Origin: an uncultured Verrucomicrobiae bacterium
Lineage (GTDB): Bacteria; Verrucomicrobiota; Verrucomicrobiia; Opitutales; JABDGR01
DNA: 64,000 bases
Direction: 5' to 3'
Assembly: GCA_963765205.1 (NCBI GenBank)
Contig: CAVXVB010000004.1
Span: forward strand, 32,001-96,000
Within the stretch, counting starts at the first letter, position 1. Each line of letters begins with the position of its first letter. A program made the position numbers and the translations under genes. This document shows, in pieces, positions 54,459-64,000 of this stretch. Below the pieces are notes generated by a model, which was not told the DNA's origin, searched no databases, and saw only the letters and a program-made list of their open reading frames with translations.

Positions 54459-55862
54459 TTACTCTGTCCCTCTGTCCCTTTGTGCCTTTGTCCCTTCGGG
54501 CTTTTCAAACTTCTCCCGCGCCAGTTTGCGCAGCAATTCCGCGAGCGCCTCGTTTTCGACTTTCTGGATGACTTCCTCGAAGAAGCCGAAGACGAGGAGT
54601 TGGTAGGCGAGGTGTTTCGGGAGGCCGCGCGTGCGGAGGTAGAAAAGTTCCTCGGGGTCGAGGCGGCTGGTCGTCGCGCCGTGCGTGCAGCGGACGTTTT
54701 GGTTCTGGATTTCGAGGCCGGGGAGCGAGTCGGCCTCGGCGGCGGGATTGAGGAGGAGGTTGCGGTTTTGCTGGTAGGCGTCCGTTTCATCCGCGCCGGG
54801 TTCGACGCGGATCATGCCGGCGAAGATCGTGCGGGCCTGGTCGAGGAGCGCGTTTTTATAGAGGAGGTTCGAGGTGCCGCGCGGGGCGGCGTGGTCCTGA
54901 AAGGTGCGCTGGTCGAATTCCTGGTCGCCGCTGGCGATGGTCAGGGCGCAGAGTTCGAGGTGCGCGCCGGGGCCGTCGAGCTTCGAGTAACTTTCGTAGC
55001 GCGCGCGCTTGGCGCCCAGGTGGACGGCGATGTTTTTCACCTCGGCGTCGCGCCCGCACATGGTGGTGTCGCACTGGTAGGCGAGGGCCTGCGCGTGGAG
55101 GTTCTGGACGCTTTTGCGGAAAACCTTCGCGCCGCGCCCGGCGATGATGGTGGCCGCGCCCGCCACCCAGGCGGAATTGCCCTGAAACGCGGAGCCATAG
55201 TAATCCAGGAAATTGATTTTCGAATTCTCGCCCGCGACGATGAGGGTGTGCGGGAAGAGCGCCGCGCCGGGCGTCGCCGTCCAATGCGCGGCGAAAAAGG
55301 TCTCGGGGATTTCGATATTCCGCGGCACATACAGGAATGTGCCGGCGCGCACATAGGCCTGGTGCAGGGCGAGAAATTTCGCGCCGCCAAGCGGATGGTC
55401 GTGGCGGAAGAGGTGTTCGCGCACGAGGTCGGGATGTTTGGCAATCGCTTCGGCGAGCGGCAGAAAAATCACCCCTTTGTGCTGCAGGTCGGTCGGCGGC
55501 GGCGCGTAATTAAAAAAAGTGTCGTCGGCAAAAGTCACCTGCCCGGCCAGCGGCGGCGCGCCGAAACCTTGAAAAACATCGGGCAGCCGGCCGCCGTATT
55601 TCGCCTGGGCGAGGACGGCGCCCGCGAGGTTCCAGCCCTTGTGCGCGGAAAAGCGCCAGCGCTCGTCCTTCTTGTCCACGCCGAGGCCTTGCAAGGAAAC
55701 ATCGCCATCGCGGTTGAGGCGCGCCCAGGCGTCGCGGCGGATTTGCTCGAGCCAAAGCGGCTCGCACGCGGCGGCCATCGCGGCGGCAAACACGGCGGCC
55801 AGCGTCGGCGAGCGGGCGGCGGCGGTGGAAGCGGGCGCAAATTCAGTGGCGGCGGAGGACAT
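54459..55862 (-). CDS. sufD: Fe-S cluster assembly protein SufD
   Basis: [15 protein letters not shown]...CTHGAT...LFYLRTRG. Confidence 0.9.
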   Translation of the reverse strand: MSSAATEFAPASTAAARSPTLAAVFAAAMAAACEPLWLEQIRRDAWARLNRDGDVSLQGLGVDKKDERWRFSAHKGWNLAGAVLAQAKYGGRLPDVFQGFGAPPLAGQVTFADDTFFNYAPPPTDLQHKGVIFLPLAEAIAKHPDLVREHLFRHDHPLGGAKFLALHQAYVRAGTFLYVPRNIEIPETFFAAHWTATPGAALFPHTLIVAGENSKINFLDYYGSAFQGNSAWVAGAATIIAGRGAKVFRKSVQNLHAQALAYQCDTTMCGRDAEVKNIAVHLGAKRARYESYSKLDGPGAHLELCALTIASGDQEFDQRTFQDHAAPRGTSNLLYKNALLDQARTIFAGMIRVEPGADETDAYQQNRNLLLNPAAEADSLPGLEIQNQNVRCTHGATTSRLDPEELFYLRTRGLPKHLAYQLLVFGFFEEVIQKVENEALAELLRKLAREKFEKPEGTKAQRDRGTE

Positions 55863-55970
55863 GGAGGAATTTCTGAATGCTGAATTCTGATTGCTGGGAA
55901 ATGGGCGGTTAGATGACGATGGCTGATGGCTTGCTGCGCCGATTGCTTCATTCAGCAATCAGGACTCCAC

Positions 55971-57395
55971 TCAGCCGACGCTGCCTTCCATCTCGAGTTC
56001 GATCAGGCGCTTTAGCTCGACGCTGTATTCCATCGGGAATTCGCGGACAAGGTCGTTGATGAAGCCGTTGACGGAGAGACTCATGGCGGCGGCTTCGCTG
56101 AGGCCGCGGCTGCGCATGTAGAAGATCTGCTCGGCGCTGACTTTCGAGACGCTGGCCTCGTGCTGCACGGAGTTGCCTTCGCCGCGCACCGTGATGGCCG
56201 GGTAGGTGTCGGTGCGCGAATTCGCGTTGATGAGCAGGGCGTCGCACTCGGTGTTGTTCCGGCAATTTTTCAGGTGCTTGGGAATTTGCACGAGACCGCG
56301 GTAGGTCGAGCGTCCTTTTCCGACAGAGATGGATTTGGCGACGATGTTCGACGTGGTCTCGTCGGCGGCGTGGATCATTTTCGCGCCGGTGTCCTGGTGC
56401 TGGCCGTCGTTGGCCAGCGCGATGGAGAGCACCTCGCCGCGCGCCTTGCGGCCCTTGAGGATGACGCCGGGGTATTTCATCGTCAGGCGTGAGCCGATGT
56501 TGCAGTCAATCCAGCGGATTTCCGCCTCCTCGTGCGCGAGGCCGCGCTTGGTGACGAGGTTGAAAACGTTGTTCGACCAGTTCTGCACGGTGATATACTG
56601 GATTTTCGCGCCCTTAAGCGCGACCAGCTCGACCACGGCGGAGTGCAGCGTCGCCGTTTCGAATTTCGGCGCGGTGCAGCCTTCCATGTAGGTGACTTCC
56701 GCGCCCTCGTCGGCAATGATGAGGGTGCGCTCGAACTGGCCGAAGTTTTCGGCGTTGATACGGAAATACGCCTGCAACGGCTGCTTCACCTTCACGCCTT
56801 TGGGCACGTAGATGAATGAGCCGCCGGAAAAGACGGCGCTGTTGAGCGCGGAGAATTTGTTGTCCGTGGTCGGGATGATCTTGCCGAACCACGGGCGGAA
56901 AATTTCCGCGTGCTCCTTGAGGCCCTCGGTCGGGCCGACGAAGATGACGCCGAGTTTCGACAGGCCCTCCTTCATGCGCGAATAGGCGGCCTCGCTGTCG
57001 AACTGCGCCTCGACCCCTGCGAGGAATTTGCGCTCCTGCTCGGGAATGCCCAGGCGCTCGAAGGTGTTTTTCATCGCCGCGGGCACGTCGTCCCACGAGC
57101 GGCTGGGTTTTTGGCCCTGCGAGAGGTAGTAGCGGATTTTCGAGAAATCAATCGCCTCCAAATCCTTGGTCGCCCAGTGCGTGGGCAGGGGCTTGGACTC
57201 AAAAGTGTCGAGGGCCTTGTGGCGGAACTCGCGCACCCACGGCGCTTCGCCCTTCACCTCGGCGATGTAGTCAATGGTCGCGGGGGTCAGGCCCACGCCC
57301 GCGTCAAAAGCGTAGTTGGTCTCGTAGCGGAAATTGCCCTTCTCGCGGTCCAGTTCAATCTGGGCCGTGGTGGCGGTGTCGGTATCGGTGAGCAT
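55971..57395 (-). CDS. sufB: Fe-S cluster assembly protein SufB
   Basis: [25 protein letters not shown] and HEASVSK. Confidence 0.96.
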   Translation of the reverse strand: MLTDTDTATTAQIELDREKGNFRYETNYAFDAGVGLTPATIDYIAEVKGEAPWVREFRHKALDTFESKPLPTHWATKDLEAIDFSKIRYYLSQGQKPSRSWDDVPAAMKNTFERLGIPEQERKFLAGVEAQFDSEAAYSRMKEGLSKLGVIFVGPTEGLKEHAEIFRPWFGKIIPTTDNKFSALNSAVFSGGSFIYVPKGVKVKQPLQAYFRINAENFGQFERTLIIADEGAEVTYMEGCTAPKFETATLHSAVVELVALKGAKIQYITVQNWSNNVFNLVTKRGLAHEEAEIRWIDCNIGSRLTMKYPGVILKGRKARGEVLSIALANDGQHQDTGAKMIHAADETTSNIVAKSISVGKGRSTYRGLVQIPKHLKNCRNNTECDALLINANSRTDTYPAITVRGEGNSVQHEASVSKVSAEQIFYMRSRGLSEAAAMSLSVNGFINDLVREFPMEYSVELKRLIELEMEGSVG

Positions 57396-57433
57396 GGAAA
57401 GGGGGAGTGTTCTAGTCTTTAGTTTCTTAGTTC

Positions 57434-58201
57434 TTAGTTTTTGACGGCTGGGGCCAATTCCTTCGTCACCCAGTCATACCCGCGGGCCTCCAGTTCGTGC
57501 GCGAGTTCCTTGCCGCCGGATTTGACCAGACGGCCGTCCCACATGACGTGGACCACGTCGGGCACAATGTAGTCGAGCAGGCGTTGGTAGTGGGTGATGA
57601 CCAGCACGCCCAACCGCGGCCCGCGCATCAGATTGACTCCCTCGGCGACGATCTTCAGCGCGTCAATGTCGAGGCCGGAGTCGGTCTCGTCCATGATGGC
57701 GTAGGCGGGTGCGAGCATCATCATCTGCAAAATCTCGCAACGCTTGCGCTCGCCGCCCGAAAAGCCCTCGTTGAGGGAGCGGGCGGTGAACTTGCGGTCC
57801 ATCTTGAGCAGGTCCATTTTCTCGTGCAGCCTCTTATAATAGGCAGTGGCGGCGATTTCCTCGCCTTCCGGCAGGCGGGCCTGGATCGCCGCGCGCAGAA
57901 AGTTGGCAATCGAGACGCCGGGAATCTCGCACGGGTATTGGAAAGCAAGAAACAGGCCCAGCCGCGCACGCGCGTCGGGTTCGAGGCCGAGCAGCGGCTG
58001 GCCATCCAAAAAGACCTCGCCGCTGGTAATCGTATAGTCCTCATGCCCGGCGAGGGCCTTAGCAAGGGTGCTCTTGCCGGTGCCGTTTGGCCCCATGATG
58101 GCGTGAACCTCGCCCTTGGGGATGGAGAGGGAGAAATCCTTCAGGATCAGGCGGTCGCCGACGCTGACGGAGAGATGGCGGATGTCGAGGGAGGGAGGCA
58201 T
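57434..58201 (-). CDS. sufC: Fe-S cluster assembly ATPase SufC
   Basis: [18 protein letters not shown] and [11 protein letters not shown]. Confidence 0.96.
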   Translation of the reverse strand: MPPSLDIRHLSVSVGDRLILKDFSLSIPKGEVHAIMGPNGTGKSTLAKALAGHEDYTITSGEVFLDGQPLLGLEPDARARLGLFLAFQYPCEIPGVSIANFLRAAIQARLPEGEEIAATAYYKRLHEKMDLLKMDRKFTARSLNEGFSGGERKRCEILQMMMLAPAYAIMDETDSGLDIDALKIVAEGVNLMRGPRLGVLVITHYQRLLDYIVPDVVHVMWDGRLVKSGGKELAHELEARGYDWVTKELAPAVKN

Positions 58202-58304
58202 GGAAAGGAAGTTAGAATCCAGAATCCAGAAGTTAGAAGGTGAACAAATGCAGGTCTGAGAAGAGAGAATGATTTCGTAAACAAGGTGGGTTTCATGCTG
58301 GCTT

Positions 58305-58757
58305 CTAACTTCTAGCTTCCGACTTCTGCATTTTACTCGCCGCCGCTTTTCCATGAAACGACACCTCAATGTGCTCCGCTTCATAACCGGGAGGGAGGAG
58401 CTGCTTCAGGCCGGACATGAAGTCGCCGGGTACGTCAATGTCGAGGACGCGGCCGGTCACCTGGTCGTGAAAATGGGCGTGTTCGCGCAGGTTGGGGCAA
58501 TAGCGGGAGGGTTCGCGCTCGATGTTGACCTGGCGCACCAGGCCGGCGCCGACCAGCGTTTCGAGGCAGTTGTAAACCGTGGCCAGGGAGATGGCGGGCA
58601 TAGTGGCGCGGGCGCGGGCGTAAACCTCGTCCGCAGTGGGGTGGTCGCGCTTGTCGAGCAGGACAGAGAAGATGTGCTCGCGCTGGCGCGTCGAACGCTG
58701 GCCGGCGCGCGCAAGGGCGTCGCCGAGAGCGTTTTTGGCGGTGGGGGCAAGTTTCAT
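58305..58757 (-). CDS. Fur-family repressor (PerR/Irr-like)
   Basis: [16 protein letters not shown] and HAHF; lacks CxxC motifs. Confidence 0.88.
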   Translation of the reverse strand: MKLAPTAKNALGDALARAGQRSTRQREHIFSVLLDKRDHPTADEVYARARATMPAISLATVYNCLETLVGAGLVRQVNIEREPSRYCPNLREHAHFHDQVTGRVLDIDVPGDFMSGLKQLLPPGYEAEHIEVSFHGKAAASKMQKSEARS

Positions 58758-58796
58758 GGCGAGAGGGCAAAGCCTTTGGAGAGCCGCCCAACATAA

Positions 58797-58811
58797 TTGG
58801 AATGATTCCAA
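58797..58811. promoter_or_regulatory. Fur/Irr-type palindromic box
   Basis: TTGGAA-TGA-TTCCAA, 40 bp upstream of the regulator ATG. Confidence 0.6.
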
Positions 58812-59253
58812 AAATCAATAGCGATTGCGCTAAAATCCGAGATATATTTTGAACGGTTTGGGCAATTGGACAGACTTGTTGCTTTTTCAGTGTCCTTGGT
58901 TAGGGTGTGGCCATCGCTCAAGAATCGGCTTTTCTTTCGTTTGGCTCTCCGGCTCAATTTCGGCCGCGATCTAACAGAAGTTGGTTCCAGTTTTTCACGA
59001 ATTCGCCGTCAAAACCGCGAGACAACTTACAAATACTAAACATGAGTTCACTATATATTAACACCATTTTAAGGCCATTTTTGCGTGATTTTGCCCATAA
59101 AAATTAAAAAATAGAGGCTTGCAGGCCAAAACTTGATTTGACTAGCCTTATGTTTGAACGACTCGTTCGCTCCGCAAGTCTGGATTATACGAAGCTCCTA
59201 AGTCGCATTTTCCCCATATTTGGGCATTTTTGCATCAAAAAACACATAACATC

Positions 59254-59826
59254 GTGGACATCAAAGACATAAAGAACATAATTGACTTGATGAAGCGCTA
59301 CGGACTCACCGAGTTCGAGCTGGAGGAGGGGACTTTCAAAATCCGCCTTCGCCGGGATGGGCATGTGGCCGTCAGCAACGGCAAACATTCCGCGCCGCCG
59401 TTTGTAGTCGAGACGCCGTTGGGCTTGGGCACCGGGATACCGGGTGCGCCGCTTATACCTGTGGCGGTTGCACCGGTTCCGGTCGCCACCGGAAACTCGA
59501 CGCCACCCTTTGTTCCTGCGGTCGCGCCCGCTCCCGCTCCAGCCGCGCCGGCGTTCCCGGCCGCGCCTGCTGCCGACGAGCCGGGGGTGCAGGTCATCAA
59601 ATCTCCCATGGTCGGCACGTTTTACCGTTCGCCGAACCCAGACGCCAAATCCTTCGTGGAGGACGGCTCGGCGGTCCAGGCCGACACCGTGGTCTGCATC
59701 ATCGAAGCGATGAAGCTGATGAATGAAATCCATGCCGAGGTCAAAGGCACCATCGTCGCCTGCCTGGCCGAGAACGGCAAACCGGTCGAATACGGCCAGC
59801 CGCTCTTCAAAGTCAGGGTTGGGTAG
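59254..59826 (+). CDS. accB: Acetyl-CoA carboxylase biotin carboxyl carrier protein
   Basis: [16 protein letters not shown] and VEYGQPLF. Confidence 0.95.
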   Translation: MDIKDIKNIIDLMKRYGLTEFELEEGTFKIRLRRDGHVAVSNGKHSAPPFVVETPLGLGTGIPGAPLIPVAVAPVPVATGNSTPPFVPAVAPAPAPAAPAFPAAPAADEPGVQVIKSPMVGTFYRSPNPDAKSFVEDGSAVQADTVVCIIEAMKLMNEIHAEVKGTIVACLAENGKPVEYGQPLFKVRVG

Positions 59827-59974
59827 CCCTCAATTACGAAATTCGAATTACGAATTACTAAACCATTCTCCGCGAGTGACTTGAGCGATTGAGTTGGGCC
59901 GTCTGGGTGGTCATTCCCGCAAGTGCTTTTTGTTTCGTAATTCGTTATTCGAGTTTCATTACTTTTCTTCCCCC

Positions 59975-61360
59975 ATGTTCCAAAAAGTCCTCATTGCCAA
60001 CCGCGGCGAGATCGCCCTGCGCGTCGTGCGCGCCTGCCGTGAGCTGGGCATCAAGACCATTGCGGTGTATTCCGAGGCGGACGAGCAATCGCTCCACGTC
60101 CAGATGGCCGACGAGGCGATTTGCATCGGCCCGGCGGCCTCGAAGGACAGCTACTTGCGCCCCGACCGCATCATTTCCGCCGCTGAAATCTCGGATGTGG
60201 ACGCCATCCACCCCGGCTACGGCTTTTTGGCGGAAAATGCGACTTTCGCGGAGATGTGTGAGAAGGCGAACATCAAGTTCATCGGCCCCCGCGCCAACGT
60301 CATCAGCCTCATGGGCGACAAGTCGAAGGCCAAGGAGGCCGCGCGCCGCGCCAAGGTCCCCGTCGTCCCCGGCAGCGACGGCCCGGTCGAAAGCGAGAAG
60401 GACGCCATCGCCATCGCGCAGAAAATCGGCTTCCCGGTGATCATCAAGGCCGTCGCCGGCGGCGGCGGCAAGGGGATGCGTCTGGCCCACAACGCCATGT
60501 CCTGCGCCCGGGAATTCGACACCGCCCGGCACGAGGCCGAAAAGGCCTTCGGCAACGGCTCGGTCTATCTCGAAAAATTCATCGAAGACCCCCGCCACAT
60601 CGAGTTTCAAATCCTCGCCGACCAGCACGGCAAGGTGCTCCACCTCGGCGAGCGCGACTGCTCCGTCCAGCGCCGGTTTCAAAAACTGATCGAGGAATCG
60701 CCCTCGCCGTTCCTGACGCCCGGCCTGCGCGCGCTGATGGGCAAGATGTCCGTCCGCCTCGCCGAAAGCGTCGGCTACCAGAACGCCGGCACCATGGAAT
60801 ACCTCGTGGACAAGCACGGGGACTACTACTTCATGGAGATGAACACGCGCATCCAGGTCGAGCACGGCGTGACGGAGGAAGTGCTCGACCGCGACCTCGT
60901 CAAGCGCCAGATCCGCATCGCGATGGGCGAGAAGCTCGAACTCGAGCAGAAGCACCTCCTCTTTACGCGCCACGCCATCGAATGCCGCATCAACGCCGAG
61001 GATCCCTCGCGCAACTTCGCGCCCTGCCCCGGCGAAATCGGCCTGTATTATCCCCCCGGCGGCCACGGCGTCCGCGTGGACTCGCATTGCTACTCGGGCT
61101 ACCGCATCTCGCCGCACTACGACAGCATGATCGGCAAAGTCATCACCTTCGCCCGCACCCGCGAGCTGGCCATTGACCGCATGTATCGCGCCCTGTCGGA
61201 ATACCTCGTGCGCGGCATCGCGACGACCATCCCCTTCTGCGCCGCCGTCATGCAAGACCCGATTTTCCGCCAAGGCCGCGCCACCACCCGCTACGTCGAG
61301 GAATTCATGGCTCGCGTGCCGAAGGACCTCTACGCGGCGAATCCCCACCCCGCGCCGTAA
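59975..61360 (+). CDS. accC: Biotin carboxylase
   Basis: [24 protein letters not shown] and [10 protein letters not shown]. Confidence 0.96.
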   Translation: MFQKVLIANRGEIALRVVRACRELGIKTIAVYSEADEQSLHVQMADEAICIGPAASKDSYLRPDRIISAAEISDVDAIHPGYGFLAENATFAEMCEKANIKFIGPRANVISLMGDKSKAKEAARRAKVPVVPGSDGPVESEKDAIAIAQKIGFPVIIKAVAGGGGKGMRLAHNAMSCAREFDTARHEAEKAFGNGSVYLEKFIEDPRHIEFQILADQHGKVLHLGERDCSVQRRFQKLIEESPSPFLTPGLRALMGKMSVRLAESVGYQNAGTMEYLVDKHGDYYFMEMNTRIQVEHGVTEEVLDRDLVKRQIRIAMGEKLELEQKHLLFTRHAIECRINAEDPSRNFAPCPGEIGLYYPPGGHGVRVDSHCYSGYRISPHYDSMIGKVITFARTRELAIDRMYRALSEYLVRGIATTIPFCAAVMQDPIFRQGRATTRYVEEFMARVPKDLYAANPHPAP

Positions 61361-61374
61361 GCGAAAGCCAGATT

Positions 61375-61452
61375 GAACTTTCAACGCTTAACTTTTAACG
61401 TTTAACGCTCAATCCTTAAACGTTAAGCGTTGAGTGTTAAACGTTGAGCGTT
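61375..61452. repeat. Heptamer-array hairpin (AACGYTY / RAGCGTT arms)
   Basis: ...AACGCTT AACTTTT AACGTTT AACGCTC AA...AAGCGTT GAGTGTT AAACGTT GAGCGTT. Confidence 0.8.
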
Positions 61453-61470
61453 TGCTCTTGGGAATTGTCC

Positions 61471-62040
61471 ATGCCGCGCTTGTTCCTCATCCGCCACGGT
61501 GAAACCGCCTGGGCTGTCACCGGCCAGCACACCTCACGCACCGATTTGCCGCTGACCGAACACGGCCGCGCGCGCGCCGCCACGCTCCCGGAGCGCCTGG
61601 CGAACCACACTTTTGCCCTCGTGCTGACCAGCCCGCGCCTGCGCGCGCGCCAAACTGCGGAACTGGCCGGTTTCCCGCACGCCGAAGTTTGCGAAGACCT
61701 CCGCGAATTCGACTACGGCGACTACGAAGGTCTCACCAAGCCGCAAATCCTGGCCCGCGCCCCCGGCTGGAATATTTTCAAGGACGGCTGCCCCGGCGGC
61801 GAGACCCCCGCGCAAGTCGTCGCGCGCGCGCAAAACATCGCGGTCCGCGCCCGCGCGACCGCCGGCGACACGCTCGTCTTCACCCACGGCCACCTCGGCC
61901 GCATCCTCGCCGCCACCTGGCTCGGCCAGTCGGTTACCTTCGGCGCCCAACTCGCCCTCGACACCGCAACCCTCAACATTCTCGCCGACGAAGGCTCCCG
62001 GCCGTTTATTCAGATATGGAATGCGGGTGGGGAGGGTTGA
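61471..62040 (+). CDS. Histidine phosphatase family protein
   Basis: LIRHGET, SPRLRARQT, EFDYGDYEG and FTHG. Confidence 0.92.
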   Translation: MPRLFLIRHGETAWAVTGQHTSRTDLPLTEHGRARAATLPERLANHTFALVLTSPRLRARQTAELAGFPHAEVCEDLREFDYGDYEGLTKPQILARAPGWNIFKDGCPGGETPAQVVARAQNIAVRARATAGDTLVFTHGHLGRILAATWLGQSVTFGAQLALDTATLNILADEGSRPFIQIWNAGGEG

Positions 62041-62095
62041 CCCAAATAGTTTTTATCGGGGGTTGGGTGGCTTCCGTAAATTGCATTGCCACGAT

Positions 62096-63230
62096 CTACG
62101 GCCTAGCCGGAGTTGCGCTGGGCGGCGCGTTGGCGGGTGGGCTGGCGAGCAGCAACCCGTCGTGACCAGTAGGATAGACGAAGGGTTTGATGCCTAAGAG
62201 TTGGACGGCGTTTTTCTCCTGCAAGTCCACGCAATAAGTTCGGTAACCGCCAAAGTCGATGGGCGGGGTTGGTTGTTTGGCCATGATCACAAAACGATGG
62301 TCAATGGCCGCGATGCCTGTGTGCAAATACCAAAAATCGCCTCGGGATGTGTCTTTCATAATCGTCGTGGATTTGCCAGTGGCCATGTCAAAGTCAAGAA
62401 AACCGGGTGTGCCGCCAGAGGCAGCGTCGTGAAAGGGCGCACCACCAATAAAGCCGAAGGCTGTAACATGCTGGCCCGAAGCGTCGGCGAAAAGCAGCCC
62501 CTGAATCCCGATGTCGCCAACAGCGACCACATCCTTGATTGTTAGGTCGTCTGGATCCAAATGGGCCAGAGAATCAAAAAGAGGATCGGGCGAAGGCACG
62601 AATCCACCGTTCACAACAATGATCAACTTTTCGCTAGCTTTGTCCCAGAGTGGTTTGGTGTCGATTCCAGTGGTTGCAGCAAGTTGCACGATCTTTTGTT
62701 CGCCACTGTTCAAGTCAATCCTCACCAACTGTTTTGTGGTTCCATTGTCCACGTAAACGATAAGGCAGTTTTTGTTTGGAAGCAGCAACAGCCAGGGCAC
62801 AAGCTCTGTATCGGGCAATCGAAAGGTGCGCGCCAAGGTCTTGTTTTTATAATATAGTTCCCTTATAATAATTGATGTTCCAGGCCCTGTCGACCTGGCG
62901 ACCCGCCATATCGGCAGTGACTAACTCGTCTAAACTCGCGAAATCCCAAGTATAGAAAGTCACGTCCTTAAGGAAATCAATCGGCTCGCGGGATGTCTTA
63001 CCCTGGCTGTCCACATGGAAAAGATAGGCGTGGCCTTCATCCGCAAGTGCGGTAAAATCCAAGTCCGCGAAGGGGGGATTCGTCGCGTGACGCGAGCAAC
63101 TGGCCAGCAATATGGCAAGAAATGCGGCAAATAGCCGTTGCGGTATAAATCCGGGTCTCACGGGAGATTGCCTCTTTCGGGCTGTAGGGGAATGGGGTGT
63201 AGAACTGCGATAAAGGAGCCTATTCGGCAA
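62096..63230 (-). CDS. Lower-GC putative lipoprotein, probably beta-propeller; frameshift near 62862
   Basis: LLASC lipobox; the two track ORFs join as ...YYK/ELYYKNKTLARTF. Confidence 0.55.
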
Positions 63231-63437
63231 ATTATACCATGGCCAACTTTTTCAATTCGTTCAATGAACTGGAAAACTTGAGGCGGCGTCGCTTTAACTC
63301 CCGGCGACTGCGGCAAAAATTAGATTTGATAATTTGTCGGCGCCGAATGGATAAACTCGGATTCATGCGGAGTATTTTATGGCTGCATCCATCGTTGTCA
63401 ATGAGTGGTCGTGAGGCAATTTTAGAACATTGCTCGC

Positions 63438-63516
63438 TTCGTAGCGCTGAGCTTTAGCCAGCGCTCCGGGTTGGAAGAGTGTCAAATAAGCGCTGGCTAA
63501 AGCTCAGCGCTACGAA
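63438..63516. repeat. GTAG-type REP doublet (perfect 28-bp inverted repeat)
   Basis: TTCGTAGCGCTGAGCTTTAGCCAGCGCT and its exact reverse complement at 63489-63516. Confidence 0.85.
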
Positions 63517-63581
63517 AATGCGTCAATACCCAACGTGTTATTCGTTTGCCATCGTGCCCTTGGCTCGCATCCTCGGAAAGC

Positions 63582-64000
63582 ATGACGCCGAAGTTGCTGC
63601 GGTTTGCGCCGATTTACCAGGCGCGGGTTTGGGGTGGGCACGCATTGTCTGCGGCGCTGGGGCGCGCGCTGCCGCCGGGCGCGCCCATTGGCGAGAGTTG
63701 GGAAATCGTGGACCGGCCCGAGGCGCAATCGCGCGTCGCGGGCGGGCCGTGGGCGGGGCGGACGCTGCGCGAAATCATCGAGCACGATGCCGCCACCGTG
63801 CTGGGGCCGCGCTGGCGGAAAAAAACCCGATTCCCCATCCTCGTGAAATGGCTCGACGCGCGCGAGCGACTGTCGCTGCAAGTGCATCCGCCCGCCGCGG
63901 TGGCAAAAAAGCACGGCGGTGAGCCGAAGACGGAACACTGGCACATCGCCGAGGCCGCGCCGGGCGCGGCGCTCATCGCGGGACTCGAGCGCGGCGTGAC
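63582..64000 (+). CDS. manA: Class I mannose-6-phosphate isomerase, 3'-partial
   Basis: RVWGG, IGESWEI, FPILVKWLDARERLSLQVHP and KTEHW; open to the window end. Confidence 0.88.
   Translation, partial: MTPKLLRFAPIYQARVWGGHALSAALGRALPPGAPIGESWEIVDRPEAQSRVAGGPWAGRTLREIIEHDAATVLGPRWRKKTRFPILVKWLDARERLSLQVHPPAAVAKKHGGEPKTEHWHIAEAAPGAALIAGLERGV

Noticed and set aside
58860..59250. tRNA or riboswitch in the AT-rich spacer
   Set aside because: No cloverleaf or recognisable aptamer; consistent with a divergent promoter region
63479..63922. Track ORFs near the window end
   Set aside because: The real gene is manA in another frame from 63582, missing from the track because it has no stop in the window

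Overview
GC-rich bacterial chromosome segment, most likely Verrucomicrobia. This is inferred from the three Verru_Chthon-type pilin-like genes, the sdhCAB type and the BlaI/M56 architecture. Housekeeping blocks: menA, sdhC-A-B, pdhC, mfd with a SurA-like PPIase, fur-like/sufC-B-D-T, accB-accC, a histidine phosphatase and manA. Between them lie accessory envelope genes: two twin-retropepsin proteases (PDZ or TPR tails), five GT-C-like membrane glycosyltransferases (two a tandem duplicate), a BlaI gene plus an M56-peptidase/secretin-domain fusion, an ECF sigma unit, two glycoside hydrolases and two tandem secreted Gly/Arg-rich paralogues. Mobile DNA: one intact IS5-family element joining two unrelated 5'-truncated genes, a probable Mu-like phage terminus with a dam fragment, and several REP-like palindromes. 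Many intergenic regions and some protein linkers carry 7-9-bp tandem repeats, often paired as inverted arms and once nested. About 11 single-base frameshifts, including in mfd and sufT, suggest assembly indel errors, so pseudogene calls are provisional. No rRNA, tRNA or CRISPR array was seen.
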